Below are positions 61,724 through 64,000 of a stretch of DNA of 64,000 nucleotides, in pieces (position 1 is the first letter of the stretch; each line of letters starts with the position of its first letter). The position numbers and the translations under genes are program-made. The DNA comes from Azolla caroliniana (lineage: Eukaryota; Plantae; Polypodiophyta), in NCBI GenBank assembly GCA_043228905.1, contig JBHGNT010000002.1, positions 10,230,001 through 10,294,000 on the forward strand, written 5' to 3'. Under the pieces are notes generated by a model. It was not told the origin of the DNA. It saw only the letters and a program-made list of their open reading frames with translations, and did not search any database.

Positions 61724-64000
61724 TGTTGAGCGGCAAGCTCAACCAGATCCGGATTGGCTGAATAAGCCGGAGCCGGATCGGCGATCCAGAAGGATGAGCC
61801 GGGTCGGTGAGACGGTGAGCAAGTGAGCCAGTGAGCTGGGGAGCCGGTTAGCTGGATCAAGCAGTAACCGGAAGCCAAGTAGCAGCTAGTCTACTAGGGA
61901 GTTAATATCTCGTAGTTAGTGTCAGACGCTCGTGTGAGCATGGAAGTACACCGTACTTCTGTCAGTCCGGATGGACTTGTATAAAAGTGTTCGCTGAACA
62001 CATATGATGTATAGACTGAGTAGTATTTTTGAATTGAGGTTCTGTGTGCTCTCTCTCTATCTCTCCCTCATACTGTTAAGCTCTCCATTAAACCTGTTTT
62101 CTATTTTCTATTGCTTCCGCACACTATTTGTTTCTACATGGTATCAGAGTGCGAGGGTTGAGAACCTCTACACCTAACATTTGCTTTCCAAAAAGAAAAC
62201 CTAACCTTTGAAAAGAATAGAAAAAAAAAAACAAACAAACAAACAAATGGATAGAGGAATGGCAAGCTCGCTCCCAGTGGAGAAGCTCAACAGATCCAAC
62301 TACGCATCTTGGTCATACAAGGTGCACGAGTACCTGCTTGGGTATGGTTACTGGAGCTATGTCGACGGAGCTAACGACACAGCACCTGATGCGGCACACA
62401 AGGACTTCCCGGTGTGGGAACAATCGGCAAGCAGAGTGATGTACTGCTTTGCGTCCAGTGTCGAAGACTAGCTACTGAGCCACATCCGAGATGCTAAGAC
62501 GCCGAAAGAGGCTTCGGGAAACCTGAAGAAGTTGTTCGCCGCAAGCACTACAACCCGGAAGTTGCAACACCAACAGGAGTTGAGCAATGTCCGACAGAAG
62601 GACATGTTGGTGGCTGGTTAGACGGCCCGAATCAAAGAGCTTTGTGACTCGCTTGCCTCTATCAATGTCATTGTAGAGGAAGACTAGATGGTACAGGTCT
62701 GTCTTGGGGGCCTGCCGTCTGTCTTGGGGGCCTGTACGAGGGAGAATACGTCATCATTTTTTGACTTATAGTCGATGCTCCTTGTAGAGGAGAACCACGT
62801 TGATGCATCAACAAGTGCACCCACCGATAGCCGGATGCTGTACACGGAAGCGGATCGGCCCCATGGGCGTGGTGGACGAGGCAGGTCGGCACGCAATGGA
62901 GGCGGTCGGCAAGGGCAAGATCGACGGCACAAAGACAGTGCCGACAGCAGTTCCAGGACCTCCACAACCAGGGGAAGTCAAGGTGGCGCCGGAGGCCGGC
63001 AAGACAAATCCGCCACAGAATGTTGGTACTGTGGCAAAAAGGGCCATAGAGAAAGCGAGTGTTGGAAGAAGCGCGTCGATTCGGACAAATCTGGATCCGG
63101 CAAAACCAGTTGAGAGAACCCGCAAAGCTCGGACTACGCACAAGGATCGAAAGGATCCGGAACCAGGAAGACCGGTAAGGGGCCATCCTTGGTGATGAAT
63201 CACAAGGCAAATTCGATGAAGAAGACCACTTCCAAATCGGATGAAGTGTGGTACGTTGATTCCGGTGCTTCAAATCACATGACGAACCACAAAGAGTGGT
63301 TCTCCTTCTTGGAGAAACCGGAACAACCAAGAGTTGTCGAAACCGGAGACGACACTCCTCACCCAATCGTGCATATCGGTGAAGTCCCTTTGAGCCACGT
63401 CGGACATAGGGGGAAGCTGATGAATGTATTACACGTTCCGACTATCACGAAGAACCTGGTGTCGGTCGGACAGATCATTGACCAGGGAATGCAGGTGGGG
63501 TTTACGCACCTCGTGTGCTTCATTGAGGAGGAGGGCTAGATTATTGCGCAAGGGCGTAGAGACGGGAGGATGTTCATCCTCGACACCAATGATGTCGGCA
63601 CCGCTTTGTTCGCCAAAGGACAGAAGATTGAATCGGATATCGATCTTTGGCACAAGCGGATTGGCCACGTCAATTACTGGAGGCTTCAAGACCTACAAAC
63701 GAAACAAGTTGTTTTCGGTTTGCCGAAGTTCAGTGCCTAAAAGGCCTAAGTATGTGAAGCCTGCCAACTCGGGAAGCAACACCGGCTTCCATTCCCCACC
63801 AAATGAAACCATAGCCGTAATAAGCTCGACCTTATTCATTCGGATATATGGGGACCGGCATAGAATGTGAGCCTTGCTGGGAGTCGATATTTCGTCTCCT
63901 TCATCGACGACTACAGGCGGCACACATGGATCTACCTCATTGAGCGGAAGATCGGAGTCTTCGACTGTTTCCGGAACCTCCAAAGCATGTTGGAATGGGA
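61724..64000 (+). mobile_element. Ty1/Copia element I (A/F family), running off the window end
   Basis: LTR 61724-62138 (TG..CA), PBS TGGTATCAGAGT 62139-62150; gag EKLNRSNYASWS, CWYCGKKGHRESEC, WYVDSGASNHM, integrase start; stops present. Confidence 0.9.

Overview
Eukaryotic (land-plant-like, possibly fern or lycophyte; inference) heterochromatin-type window made almost entirely of nested transposable elements, with no host genes. Reconstructed nesting: a Ty1/Copia element F (5' LTR from 4409, 3' LTR from 56329) holds Copia A (4766-31663) in its 5' LTR. A holds Copia B (7146-28289, TSD AATTC). B holds Gypsy C (7333-14233, minus, tRNA-Trp PBS) and Gypsy D (15120-24477, TSD GTAAG). F also holds Gypsy E (35507-55548, minus), and E holds a 10.8-kb Sola2-type DNA transposon (42469-53307; 25-bp TIRs, 4-bp TSD ATTG). 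That transposon has an apparently intact two-exon transposase, a convergent multi-exon cargo gene (RING finger) followed by an FCP1/NIF-like phosphatase-fold region, and introns filled with a palindromic 14-mer. Degenerate Gypsy-derived sequence and another Copia (from 61724) flank these. Most notable: (1) Gypsy D and E both carry an inverted tRNA-Arg primer-binding-like site exactly where the polypurine tract should be; (2) the cargo-carrying Sola2-like element; (3) a candidate -1 ribosomal frameshift (G GAU UUU) between gag-protease and RT in Gypsy C. All assignments are by eye from motifs; no database searches were run.
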